A stretch of DNA of 38,308 bases from Verrucomicrobiota bacterium (GCA_038214755.1 JBBQRQ010000047.1:1-38308); one strand, 5' to 3'. Shown: positions 17,389 through 27,359, numbered from the stretch's first letter. Numbers and translations are program-made. The notes: generated from the letters alone by a model not told the origin.

Positions 17389-18060
17389 GCAAGCGAGTGT
17401 TGATTCTGGTTGAAGGCCAAACCGAAGAACGGTTTGTGAAAGATGTTCTTGGGCCGGCTTTTTTTGACAAAGAACTATTTTTTCATCCGACGATTCTGAT
17501 GACGAAACGAGTTAAAGACGGGACGCGCTTCAAAGGTGGCGTGACGAACTTCGCAAAGTTTAAAAACGACGCTCAACGATTATTGAACAGTGCTGGTGAT
17601 GCGCTGGTGACGATGTTGCTGGATTATTATCGGTTGCCCTCTGATTTTCCGGGAATGAATTCGCGCCCGGCGGCAGGAACTCCAATGCAGCGGGTAACGC
17701 ATGTGGAGAATGCCATCGCTGCACATTTTGAATCCTCGCCAAGCTTTCTTCCGTTTCTCGCGCTGCATGAATTTGAAGCGTGGCTGTTTTCATCGCCCAC
17801 AGAACTTCCGCGTGCTTTGACTGAATCCCGGAAACAGCCAAAGTTTGAAGCAATCCGTGCCAGCGTAAAAACGCCGGAGGAAATCAACGAGCGCCCAGAG
17901 TTCGCTCCGTCGAAAACAAATCGAAAAGTTGTTTCCGGCTTACAAAAAAACTTTGCATGGGCCGACTATCGCGGCTCGGATCGGTTTTGAAACAATTCGT
18001 GCTGAGTGCCCTCATTTCAACGGCTGGATGGAAAAATTGGAGGCTTTTGCTGCCTCATAA
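17385..18060 (+). pseudogene. DUF4276-like (TOPRIM/RloB-related) protein with a +1 frameshift
   Basis: ILVEGQTEERFV, LDYY, HEFEAWLFS. Removing one A from the A4 run at 17913-17916 gives PSKQIEKLFPAYKKTLHGPTIAARIGFETIRAECPHFNGWMEKLEAFAAS*. Confidence 0.8.
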
Positions 18061-18065
18061 TAAGA

Positions 18066-18273
18066 ATGCCTTCAGAAGCCCAAGCACGCATCACGATCAA
18101 TCGCCTTCTTGAAGAGGCGGACTGGCGATTTCTCCCCCGACGCGCAACGTCGGATCGTGGCGGTGCTGGACGCAGAGGCGGCGCAAATGGAAACCGTCCG
18201 CGCGCTCATCCCGAAGTTCGAAAGCAAAATCCAACGCGTCCTCGACCGCGTGTGGGGCAATGGCGTAAAATAA
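18066..18273 (+). pseudogene. Chimeric remnant: hsdR 5' end joined to an hsdS 3' end
   Basis: 18066-18147 matches the hsdR start at 19360; 18145-18258 matches the hsdS-end copy at 16127-16240; one extra C in the run at 18134-18138. Confidence 0.85.
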
Positions 18274-18280
18274 TTCGCGG

Positions 18281-19360
18281 ATGAAACCTGCAACGAAACT
18301 CCAAATCCGAAACAGCACGGCAGAGTTCCTGATCTTCACCCGACAGGCGGGTGAGGACGGCATCGAGGTGCGGGTGGCGGAGGAAACGGTCTGGCTGACG
18401 CAAAAGCTGATCAGCGTGCTGTTCGACAAGGGTCGCAGCACCATCACCGAGCATTTGACGAACATCTTCGAGAGCGGAGAACTCGATGAGAAAGCAGTGT
18501 GTCGGGATTTCCGACATACTGCCGAGGACGGCAAGGACTACACGACGCGGTTTTACAACCTCGACGCCATCATCGCCGTGGGTTTCCGGGTGAACTCGGC
18601 GCGCGCCATCCAGTTCCGGCAATGGGCAACGGGGGTGCTGCGCGACTTCGCTATTCGCGGCTATGTGCTGGACAAAGAGCGATTGAAGAACGGCGCGTTC
18701 TTGAGCAAGGCGTATTACGAGAATCTGCTGGCGGAAATCCGGGAAATCCGGGCGAGTGAACGGAGGTTTTATCAGAAGATTACGGACATTTACGCCACGG
18801 CAATGGATTACAGCCCGGAAGCCGAGATGACGCAGACTTTCTTTGCCGCGGTGCAGAACAAACTGCATTTCGCCATCCACGGGCGCACCGCCGCAGAGTT
18901 GATCGTGGAGCGCGCGGACAGCCAGAAAGAGCGGATGGGGCTGACGACCTGGAAGAACGCGCCGCACGGAAAAATCCTCACACCGGATGTGGTCGTCGCG
19001 AAGAATTACCTCACCGAAAAAGAACTGAAATCGCTCGACCGCATCGTGACGATGTATCTGGATTACGCCGAAGATCAGGCCGAGCGGAACATCCCGATGA
19101 CGATGAAGGATTGGGCGACGAAGTTGAATGCGTTTCTCCAATTCAACGAGCGGGATATTCTCGATCATCCGGGCAAGGTGAGTCAGGAAGTGGCGAAGGT
19201 TTTTGCGGAGAGTGAATTTGAGAAATACCGGATTGTGCAGGACCGGTTGTTCGAGTCGGATTTTGACCGGCACATGAAGCAGGCTTTGGAAGACAAGCCC
19301 CTGTTGCAATCAAGTGGCGAAGTGGAATTGCCGCCGAAGAAGGGAAAGAAAAAACCATAA
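18281..19360 (+). CDS. Virulence RhuM family protein
   Basis: ETVWLTQK, YNLDAIIAVGFRVNS.RA.QFRQWAT, EIREIRASERRFYQKITDIYA, VQNKLH. Confidence 0.9.
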   Translation: MKPATKLQIRNSTAEFLIFTRQAGEDGIEVRVAEETVWLTQKLISVLFDKGRSTITEHLTNIFESGELDEKAVCRDFRHTAEDGKDYTTRFYNLDAIIAVGFRVNSARAIQFRQWATGVLRDFAIRGYVLDKERLKNGAFLSKAYYENLLAEIREIRASERRFYQKITDIYATAMDYSPEAEMTQTFFAAVQNKLHFAIHGRTAAELIVERADSQKERMGLTTWKNAPHGKILTPDVVVAKNYLTEKELKSLDRIVTMYLDYAEDQAERNIPMTMKDWATKLNAFLQFNERDILDHPGKVSQEVAKVFAESEFEKYRIVQDRLFESDFDRHMKQALEDKPLLQSSGEVELPPKKGKKKP

Positions 19361-21904
19361 TGCCCTCCGAAGCCCAAGCGCGCATCACAATCAATCGCCT
19401 TCTGGAAGAGGCGGGCTGGCGTTTTCTGCCCGACGCGCAAGGTCGGCGCGAGAACATTGTTTGTGAGCATCGCGTGACGCGGCGCACGTTTTCACCGAGT
19501 CAGGACTTGGGAAAAGATTTTGACCACGCGCCGGACGGCTTCGTTGATTACGTGCTGTTGAACACGGACGACCGCCCCGCAGCCGTCACCGAAGCCAAGC
19601 GCGAGAGCATTGATCCGCTTACAGGCAAAGAACAGGCGCGAGCTTACGCAGAGAGCCTGGGCGTCGTTCACATTTTTCTCAGTAACGGGTTAGTGCATTA
19701 CTACTGGAATCTCCGGCAGGGCAATCCGGTCAAGGTCTCGCGCTTCCTTCCGCTGGAAGAACTCGGCAAAGCGGCGGAATGGAAGCCTGATTCCAAACGT
19801 CTCGCATCGGTTTCCATTGATGAGAATTACATCGCGGTTTCACAGGATGCGGCGTGGCTGAATTATTCCGCAACGGATCGCGCGGCGGTGATGGTGAACA
19901 AAAAGATTCGCTTGCTGCGCGATTATCAAATCAAGGCGATTCGTGCGTTGCAAAAAGCAGCGAAACCAGACAAGCACCGTTTCCTTTTTGAGATGGCGAC
20001 CGGCACGGGCAAAACGCTTCTCAGCGCCGCCGTGGCAAAACTTTATCTGCGAACGGAAAATGCCACGCGCATTTTGTTTCTCGTGGATCGTTTGGAGTTG
20101 GAAAATCAGGCGTGGAAAAAATTTTAACGCCTATCTCGCAGCGGACGGAATTCAAACGGTCATCTACAAACAGAAACGCCAGGATTGGAAACAAGCGCAG
20201 GTTGTCGTCACCACGATTCAGAGCCTCGCCGCGAGAAATCGTTTTCTAACCGAGTTTGCGCCCACGGATTTTCAACTCATTATCAGCGATGAAGCGCATC
20301 GCACCATCAGCGGCAACAACCGCGCGATTTTTGAATATTTCATCGGCGCAAAACTTGGTCTGACGGCGACGCCCCGCGATTACATCAAAGGCGTGAAGGA
20401 CAAAGATCGCCAGAATGACCCGCGCGAATACGAGCGGCGCTTGTTGCTCGACACGTATCAAACGTTCGGCAGCGATGACGGAAAACCAACCTTCCGTTAC
20501 AGCTTGCTGGATGCTGTCCAACACGATCCGCCTTATCTCGTGAACCCGCTCACGCTCGATGCCCGGACCGACATTACAACTCAAATGCTCTCCGACGATG
20601 GTTACGCAATCAAAGTCGCTGCGGATGAAGATGGGCAGGAAGCTGAACTTGTTTTCACAAAAAAAGCGTATGAGCGAAAGTTTTTCTCTGATGAAACGAA
20701 TTTAAGTTTTGTCCGATGCTTTCTGGATAACGCGAAGCGCGATCCGCTCACGGGCGAGATTGGAAAAACCATTTGCTTCGGTGTGAGTCGCAAGCACGCG
20801 ACGAAACTCGTCACGGTTTTAAATGAAGAAGCGACGCGACGTTGGCCGGAAATTTACGCCGCAGGTTCGACGTTCGCCGTGCAAGTCACCTCAGATATTC
20901 CCGGCGCGCAACAGATGACGATTGATTTCGCGAACAACAATCTTAATGGCAAATCCAAGTGGAAAGCGGATGAGTTTCGCGATTATGACACGAGCCAGAC
21001 GCGCGTTTGCGTAACGGTCGGCATGATGACCACGGGCTATGACTGCGAAGATGTTCTCAATGTCGTGTTGGCGCGCCCCATCCTGTCGCCGACTGACTTC
21101 ATTCAAATCAAAGGACGCGGCACACGTTTGTTCACGTTCAAACACGACGGACATTCCGCAAAGAAAGACGGCTTTGCGTTGTTCGACTTCTTCGCCAACT
21201 GCGAATACTTCGAGGAAGATTTTGATTACGATAAGAAATTAAATTTGCCGAAAATAAGAGAAGGCGGAGCCGAAGGTGGCGATGCACCCGGTTCTCGACC
21301 AGAAACCTACGCCAACACTTCGCCCGATCCACTTGCCGGTCTTCTTCAGGAACAAATCGGCCAATGGGGAATGAAGATTGATCGCGAGATGTATCGCGAG
21401 AGATTTGCCCAACAAGCATCCGAAGCAGCGGCGACCGACGAAGCTTTGCGGCACGCTTTTGAATCGGAGGATTTGCCCGCGATGGAGGAACGTATTCGCC
21501 GACTTCTTTTCGAAAAGCCGGAAGAATTTTGGAATCTCCCAAAGCTACAACAACTTTACAAAACGGATCGTCTTCCCAGCTTGCGGGAAATCATCGCACA
21601 AGTTTTTGGCCTTGTTCCGGCGATTCCGACGCGCGGCCAGCTTGCCGACGAAGCCTTCGAACGATTTGTTGCGACACAGCGGACGAATGCGGTTCACAGC
21701 CGCGAGTTGCGCATGGTCTTTATCGCATTTCTTCTCGATCCGCTTTCTCGACAAATGTTGCAGGAAGGAAGGTTCGCAGAACTTCGAGCGCGCGATGCTG
21801 GTTTGTCCGGCGCTATGTCCAAATTAGCGCGTGAAGAATGCGAAGCCTTGTTTGATTATCTAAACTCAGAGGTCGCGCTCAAAGACTTCGAGCAAGCGGC
21901 GTGA
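19360..21904 (+). pseudogene. hsdR: Type I restriction endonuclease subunit R (DEAD-box motor) with a +1 frameshift
   Basis: DYVLL...EAKR nuclease, MATGTGKT, DEAHR, GLTATP, QIKGRGTR. Removing one A from the A6 run at 20116-20121 joins ORFs 19360-20127 and 19943-21904 (QAWKNFNAYL). Confidence 0.85.
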
Positions 21905-21945
21905 CGGGCAGTTTGGTGTGCGGTTTCGATGCGCAGCCTTGGCCA

Positions 21946-24912
21946 TCAATGCTCCAGCAGAAACGCGATTAAGTCCGCAAATTGTTGCGGTGTTAAGGTT
22001 GATTCCAATCCTTCCGGCATGAGAGAAACTCCTCCACTGGAAATCTTCTCCACATCTTCGCGCAACACAGTTTCCTGGACGCTGCCGGCGCGATTCAGCG
22101 TGATGCTCGTCGCGGTTTCAGCCGTAATAATGCCACTGACGGTCTCGCCATTCTTCAAATCAATCGAATAAGCCACGTAGTTCGGCGCAACTTCGCGGTT
22201 TGGGTCGAGAGTATTCACCAAAATCTTTTCGCTGTCCCAACCGCGAACCGTCGCGAGGTTTGGGCCAAGGTCGTGGCCAGCGTTGCCGAAGCGATGACAC
22301 GATGCGCAATTGGCTTCAAAGATTTTTTCCCCGCGCAATTTATCGCCCGCCAGTAAAAAAGCAGGTTTGTATTTCTCAATCACTTCTTTACGCGACGTGG
22401 TTGCGCTTGAACCAAACAATTTCTTCGCTCGCGCACGAATGGAGGCGTCGGCGTGGTTTAGAAGTCCCGTTCGTTTCGGCAAGGGAATTTGCCCAGCGGA
22501 AACTTTGTTGGCCTCAATCGCGTCGAGCAGGGGATTCAATCGTTCTTTGCGGGCGAACATGGCATCGGTTACGTCACCTCGAATAACGGGCGTTAAACCG
22601 CGCCAGCGCTCGAGCAAAATCTCTGCTACGCCCGGACTGGCAAAACTCGACAGAGTTTTCACCGTCGCGGATTGAATCTCCTGCGGTTCGCGCGAATCGA
22701 GCAACGCGACGAGAATGGGCTGCGCCTTCCCATAATCTGAAAAACCCAGCAGTCGAATCGCTTGAGTCCGCTCTACAGTTGTCGCATGGGAATTTTTTGC
22801 GGTCCGCTCTGCGTCCGAAAAAAGCTCGGTCATCATTTTACTCGCCGTCGGGTTCAACTCGACAAATCCGGCGAAATTTGTCCCAGCGCGCTTCATTCCG
22901 TCGCCAAGACTCAAAATGACTTTGTGTTGCAACTCGCGCGGTTCGTCCCTGAGCCTTAGCAAAAGTTGGATCACTTCAGACGATTGCATCTTTGCGCCGA
23001 CCACAAGGGAAAGTTTTTGAATCATTTCATTCCTGCCGTCGTTGCTCGCGAAATCGGTATTCCCAAAAAGAAACATCGACAACATCGCGGAGCTTGAATC
23101 CAGGCTCGAACTCAAAACAGCCGCGCGCATCCATTCATCGGCAGCATCTCTTTGGGCAATTTTTATCAACGCCGACATCCGTGCGGGGCCTTTGGCTTCA
23201 CCGAGTGTTAGCGCGGTTTGAAAACGGACGCGGATTTCAGGATCGTCCGCGAGAGAAAGAACTTTATCTAAAAGTTTCCGCGAAGTTTTCAGACGCGGTT
23301 CGGACAATTGCACGGCATGTTCGCGAATGTGTGCGTCATGATCATTCAAGCCGCGCAAGATTTCATCGTCGGTGAGCGCGTTCAATCCTTCAAGCGCCCA
23401 GAGCGCATTTAGCCGCGCCACACTCGATTTGCTTTTTGTCAGACGTTTGCGAAGCGGCGCGACGGCCTCTTTGTCCTGCCGCTCAAAAATCAGCCGATGC
23501 GCCGTCTCGCGCCACCAGGAATTTGGATTTTCCAACGTCGCAACGAGTTCTTTTGTCGAGGCATTACCGAGCCGGGGCTGTTTTGGATTTTTAAAATGGG
23601 ACGGCGCGAGCCGATAAATTCTTCCACGGTCACGACCGCTTTCCAAATCAAGTTGCGCGTGGATGTCATCGGGAATTGACCACGGGTGCTCGATGACTTC
23701 GCGATACATGTCGAGAACGTGCAATGTGCCATCGGGAGCATTCACAAAATTGACCGGGCGAAACCAGGTATCGGTCGAAGCGACGAATTCAACTTTGTCA
23801 AACATCGGGTGCGCTGTGAACGTGACCCCGTCAGGAGCGACTGTCTGAACATGCACGAGATTATTCGCCACTTCACCCATGAACGCGGCACCGTAAAACT
23901 TTTTCGGATACGCCGCGCCCCGATAAATGGTAATACCGCTCGTTGACGTAAACACACCGCCACCCACCAATTCGCTGCGTGGAATTTTTTTCTGCTCGCT
24001 TGTCCAGCGTCGCGCGCGCAACTCGCGCCACGGTTCAATGGGACTGATTCGATAAACGGGAATCGTGTCGCCCGCGTCGGCTGCATCGTGAATGGCGCTT
24101 TTCACTGGCAGAAACGGATTGCGCGCGAGGTAACGATTTTCCAGAACGACGTGCTGCGCCGGGTTGCGAATGTTGCAGAGAAAACGATTTCCCCAGTCGT
24201 CGAATGTGTTTCCGAAACGCTCGCCACCCGTGATCGCTTCGAATTTTTCCGTGTTTGGATCGAACTTAAAATCGTTATGCGACAGCGCGACAGGTTTCGC
24301 CTCTGGTTTATTGCCGGGGCGCACTTGTCCGCCATTGCCTGATCCCGCGCAGTAAAGTTCATGGTCCAAACCCCAGATGGGATTGTTCATCACGGCTTGA
24401 ACGTTAAATTTGCGGAAGCCGGTGAATACTTTGCGGCGCACGTCGGCTTTGTGATCGCCATCAATATCTTTGAGATACCAGATGTCCGGTGTGGCCGTGA
24501 CGAACACGCCGCCTTTCCAACACGCAATGCCTGACGGCCAGGAAAGATTGTCGGCAAAGATCCAGCTCTTATCGAACTTGCCGTCGCCGTCGGTGTCTTC
24601 CAACACCCGGACGCGGCCCAACGGTTTGTCCGTCACATTTTCTTTCCAGGGCTGATGCGATTTCTTGTCTGTGTACGGGTAATCATTCATCTCGACGACG
24701 TAGGCGAGTCCATTTTCGTCATAAACCATCGCGACCGGATCCGTGACGAGCGGTTCGGCGGCAATCAATTCCATACGGAAACCGTCCTGAACCCGGAAAG
24801 TTTTTTCCGCGTCAGCAGGAGAAGTTGGCGGCACTTGCGGAAACGGAAGTGTTTCTTCGGCGTGAAGAGCAAATGCGATGAAGCAGATAAGTAAGAACGA
24901 CGAACGAATCAT
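21946..24912 (-). CDS. PVC-type membrane-bound dehydrogenase-like protein (beta-propeller, HEAT repeats, c-type haem)
   Basis: Signal peptide, GFRMELIAAEPLV.DPV, DTDGDGKFD, WFRPV...APDG, CASCH haem motif, GPNL, SLMPEGLE; start assumed at MIRSS. Confidence 0.88.
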   Translation of the reverse strand: MIRSSFLLICFIAFALHAEETLPFPQVPPTSPADAEKTFRVQDGFRMELIAAEPLVTDPVAMVYDENGLAYVVEMNDYPYTDKKSHQPWKENVTDKPLGRVRVLEDTDGDGKFDKSWIFADNLSWPSGIACWKGGVFVTATPDIWYLKDIDGDHKADVRRKVFTGFRKFNVQAVMNNPIWGLDHELYCAGSGNGGQVRPGNKPEAKPVALSHNDFKFDPNTEKFEAITGGERFGNTFDDWGNRFLCNIRNPAQHVVLENRYLARNPFLPVKSAIHDAADAGDTIPVYRISPIEPWRELRARRWTSEQKKIPRSELVGGGVFTSTSGITIYRGAAYPKKFYGAAFMGEVANNLVHVQTVAPDGVTFTAHPMFDKVEFVASTDTWFRPVNFVNAPDGTLHVLDMYREVIEHPWSIPDDIHAQLDLESGRDRGRIYRLAPSHFKNPKQPRLGNASTKELVATLENPNSWWRETAHRLIFERQDKEAVAPLRKRLTKSKSSVARLNALWALEGLNALTDDEILRGLNDHDAHIREHAVQLSEPRLKTSRKLLDKVLSLADDPEIRVRFQTALTLGEAKGPARMSALIKIAQRDAADEWMRAAVLSSSLDSSSAMLSMFLFGNTDFASNDGRNEMIQKLSLVVGAKMQSSEVIQLLLRLRDEPRELQHKVILSLGDGMKRAGTNFAGFVELNPTASKMMTELFSDAERTAKNSHATTVERTQAIRLLGFSDYGKAQPILVALLDSREPQEIQSATVKTLSSFASPGVAEILLERWRGLTPVIRGDVTDAMFARKERLNPLLDAIEANKVSAGQIPLPKRTGLLNHADASIRARAKKLFGSSATTSRKEVIEKYKPAFLLAGDKLRGEKIFEANCASCHRFGNAGHDLGPNLATVRGWDSEKILVNTLDPNREVAPNYVAYSIDLKNGETVSGIITAETATSITLNRAGSVQETVLREDVEKISSGGVSLMPEGLESTLTPQQFADLIAFLLEH

Positions 24913-25094
24913 TTTTGCAGCAGCGAGCGGATGCCAGGCTGAGAGCGTCGCGCCACAATGAATTAAACAGCGGTTCATAATTTTGAAATAATCGCGGTCC
25001 CTCGTTAGTGGCAATGCACAAATCCCAGAGCGAGACCTCACCAGAAAGTTTTTGTTCGCTGACGCGTGGCTAAAGAGAGGGAAGAAAAGTGATT

Positions 25095-25129
25095 TTGACG
25101 AATGCATAACAATTCGCTACAAGTCTCCT
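25095..25129 (+). promoter_or_regulatory. Sigma70-like promoter, leaderless configuration
   Basis: TTGACG-N17-TACAAG-N6-ATG. Confidence 0.5.
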
Positions 25130-25405
25130 ATGACACACTGCAAGCCCATTCCAGTCCGACTTGAAGAAGCGTTGCTCCGATCCCTGGAGGAGGGCGTCCG
25201 GAACACTCCGCACAAAAAACAGGAATTGATTCGGATCACGCTGCGGCGCTACCTGCCCAAAGTGATCCAGGAAGAATCCGAGAGAAAACCGCGCGCCGGG
25301 TGGCGTGAATCCTTTGCCAAAGTCAAAAAGGAAATTGCCGCCGAAAAGCATAATGGGGACTGGCTTAACTCTGCCAATGAAGGGGACAAGGATTGGCAAT
25401 GGTAA
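25130..25405 (+). CDS. Antitoxin for the MazF/PemK toxin (RHH-like N-terminus)
   Basis: IPVRLEEALL...KQELIRITLRRYL, then PRAGWRESF...DWQW; overlaps the toxin start. Confidence 0.7.
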   Translation: MTHCKPIPVRLEEALLRSLEEGVRNTPHKKQELIRITLRRYLPKVIQEESERKPRAGWRESFAKVKKEIAAEKHNGDWLNSANEGDKDWQW

Positions 25406-25716
25406 GATTGGATGTTGTCACGGTGGATTTTGACCCCACCATCGGTTCGGAAATCAAAAAAATCCGCCCCGCGCTGATTGTTTCTCCAGACGAAATGAAC
25501 TCATCCCTGCGCACTGTTCTGGTCGCGCCGATGACCCGCGCGGGCTTTTCCGCGCCAACACGCGTGCCGTGCCATTTTCGCGGGAAGGATGGTTTTATCC
25601 TGCTGGATCAGCTCCGCGCGGTGGATCGCTCCCGCATTCGACGTGTTCTGGGGAAAATAAATCCCGCCACTGGAGCGGCTGTCCTTTCCGTGTTGCGGGA
25701 AATGTTTGCCGACTAA
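25399..25716 (+). CDS. MazF/PemK family endoribonuclease toxin
   Basis: VDFDPTIGSEIKKIRPALIVSPDEMN, VAPMT, LLDQLRAVDRSR. Confidence 0.92.
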   Translation: MVRLDVVTVDFDPTIGSEIKKIRPALIVSPDEMNSSLRTVLVAPMTRAGFSAPTRVPCHFRGKDGFILLDQLRAVDRSRIRRVLGKINPATGAAVLSVLREMFAD

Positions 25717-25800
25717 TCCATCAGCACATCTGTTCCCGCCTGCGCAAAGAGAGCGGCCAGATCCACCGTCGGTCCGGTTTCAACGCTTCCACAGCGGCCA

Positions 25801-26580
25801 TTAGTCCAACCGCGCCGTCGCGGCGTTTGTTTCGAGAATGGCTTTGGTTTGGTCATCGGTCAGCGCCGATTCCTTCAATTTCAATTCGGCAGATTCAAAA
25901 TAGAAAAACGGCGCGCCAGAGCCAAACAGCACTCGCGTCAGCGGAACTTGTTTAACCAGATTTTCAATTCCGCCGACGCCTTCGAGCGTTGAAATCTCGA
26001 AGAACACTTTTCCCGCGCCGGCCAATACCACGAGCAAGTCGCGCTTCACGCCACGAAAACAATTGAGCAGCACGATTCGCAACTTTGGAAAATCTTTCAG
26101 GAGAGAAATGAGAGGCGCGATTTCAACATCGGGAACTGTGGCCAGCCGATGCTGCGTGCGACGGTCTTCCATGCTCACCGCGATTTGCACGAGCAGCCCG
26201 CGCTCGTCGGCCGTTTTCAGCAGCTTCGCAAACACCGGCTCGTCGAGTTTGTAATCATGATAATTCGGATGCAACCGAATACCCGGCATCTTGTGTTCTT
26301 CATGACAACGGCGAAGATCGTCTTCCCAATTCGGCAAAGTCGGATTGACTGAACCGAACGGAATCAGCAAGCCGTGACCGCGCTTGCGACATTCTTCGGC
26401 AAGACGCGCGTTCACGCTCGCGATATCCTTGTGCAACAGCGCGTCAAAACTTCCAGCCCAGGCTTGCGCGACGCCGTGCTGCGCAAGTTTGTCGGTAAGC
26501 GCGGATGTGTCGTCGAGCGGCAATCGCCGAAACGGCCAGCGCGATAGATTGACATTTGTGTCAATGATATGGCCGCTCAC
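25801..26580 (-). CDS. Amidohydrolase-2 family protein (degenerate metal site)
   Basis: IIDTNV in place of D.H.H; GIRLHPNYH; RVLFGSGAP. Confidence 0.75.
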   Translation of the reverse strand: MSGHIIDTNVNLSRWPFRRLPLDDTSALTDKLAQHGVAQAWAGSFDALLHKDIASVNARLAEECRKRGHGLLIPFGSVNPTLPNWEDDLRRCHEEHKMPGIRLHPNYHDYKLDEPVFAKLLKTADERGLLVQIAVSMEDRRTQHRLATVPDVEIAPLISLLKDFPKLRIVLLNCFRGVKRDLLVVLAGAGKVFFEISTLEGVGGIENLVKQVPLTRVLFGSGAPFFYFESAELKLKESALTDDQTKAILETNAATARLD

Positions 26581-27359
26581 AGTCGGACTCCTTTCGCTTT
26601 GAGAATCGGTGTCAGCAACCGCTTGAGATTTTCGCCGAGAATTAATTTCTTCGCCGACTCAGGAATGTCCGCGCCCAAAACTTTTCCGAGTTGCGACGCA
26701 AAACTTCGCCCGCCCACGTCGCTGCCGTAGAGCACCCGCTCCGCGCCGAGTTCGCGCACCGCCATTTCGGTGACGCCCGCCGTCGGATCAAATCCTGCGA
26801 GGTCAACGCACACATTTTTGTGCGGACGCACCGCGCGAACTCCGCGCTCCCAATCCCCGCCGGTGTGACCACACACCAATGACACATTCGGGTGGCGCAA
26901 GGCCAGTTCAGCGAGGTCAACTGGCGAAGATTCACCGGGCTTGCCTCCGAGTCCATTGAACCACGTGTGTTGAAAGATGAGTGCCTTCAATTCGGCGGCG
27001 CGTTTGACGATTGGATCAAGCTCAGGCGCGTTGCAATGTTTTGCGATCCAAAGTTTCACGCCCACCATTGGCCCGTCGCGCACGCAACGATCCAACTCCG
27101 CGAGACTTTCCTCGACGTGATTTGGATTCAAATAAACAAAACCAAACGCGCGTTTCGGCCAGCGCGTGATCGCTTGCATGACTTCGTCGTTTTGCTGGCG
27201 CATGTCATCAGGCGACGGATCGTCAGACCATTTCATTCCCATGTAAACGCAGAGCCGCTCGATGCCAACACGATCGGCGAATTCGATGAGCTGCGCCAAA
27301 CGCTCGTCCGGCGTGCGACCGGATACGAATGAAAGATGGCAATGCAAATCCCAGATCAT
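26577..27359 (-). CDS. Amidohydrolase-2 family metallohydrolase
   Basis: WDLHCH, GVKL, QH, CGHTGG, ERVLYGSD, ILGEN. Confidence 0.88.
   Translation of the reverse strand: MIWDLHCHLSFVSGRTPDERLAQLIEFADRVGIERLCVYMGMKWSDDPSPDDMRQQNDEVMQAITRWPKRAFGFVYLNPNHVEESLAELDRCVRDGPMVGVKLWIAKHCNAPELDPIVKRAAELKALIFQHTWFNGLGGKPGESSPVDLAELALRHPNVSLVCGHTGGDWERGVRAVRPHKNVCVDLAGFDPTAGVTEMAVRELGAERVLYGSDVGGRSFASQLGKVLGADIPESAKKLILGENLKRLLTPILKAKGVRL

Noticed and set aside
15219..18273. hsdS repeats as an invertible shufflon (phase-variable hsdS)
   Set aside because: All copies are in direct orientation, no silent TRDs are attached and no recombinase gene is present.
18206..19309. 367-aa minus-strand ORF
   Set aside because: Antisense shadow of rhuM.
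13380..21930. R-M region as an integrase-mobilised island or prophage
   Set aside because: No integrase, tRNA target or flanking att-like direct repeats were found by eye.
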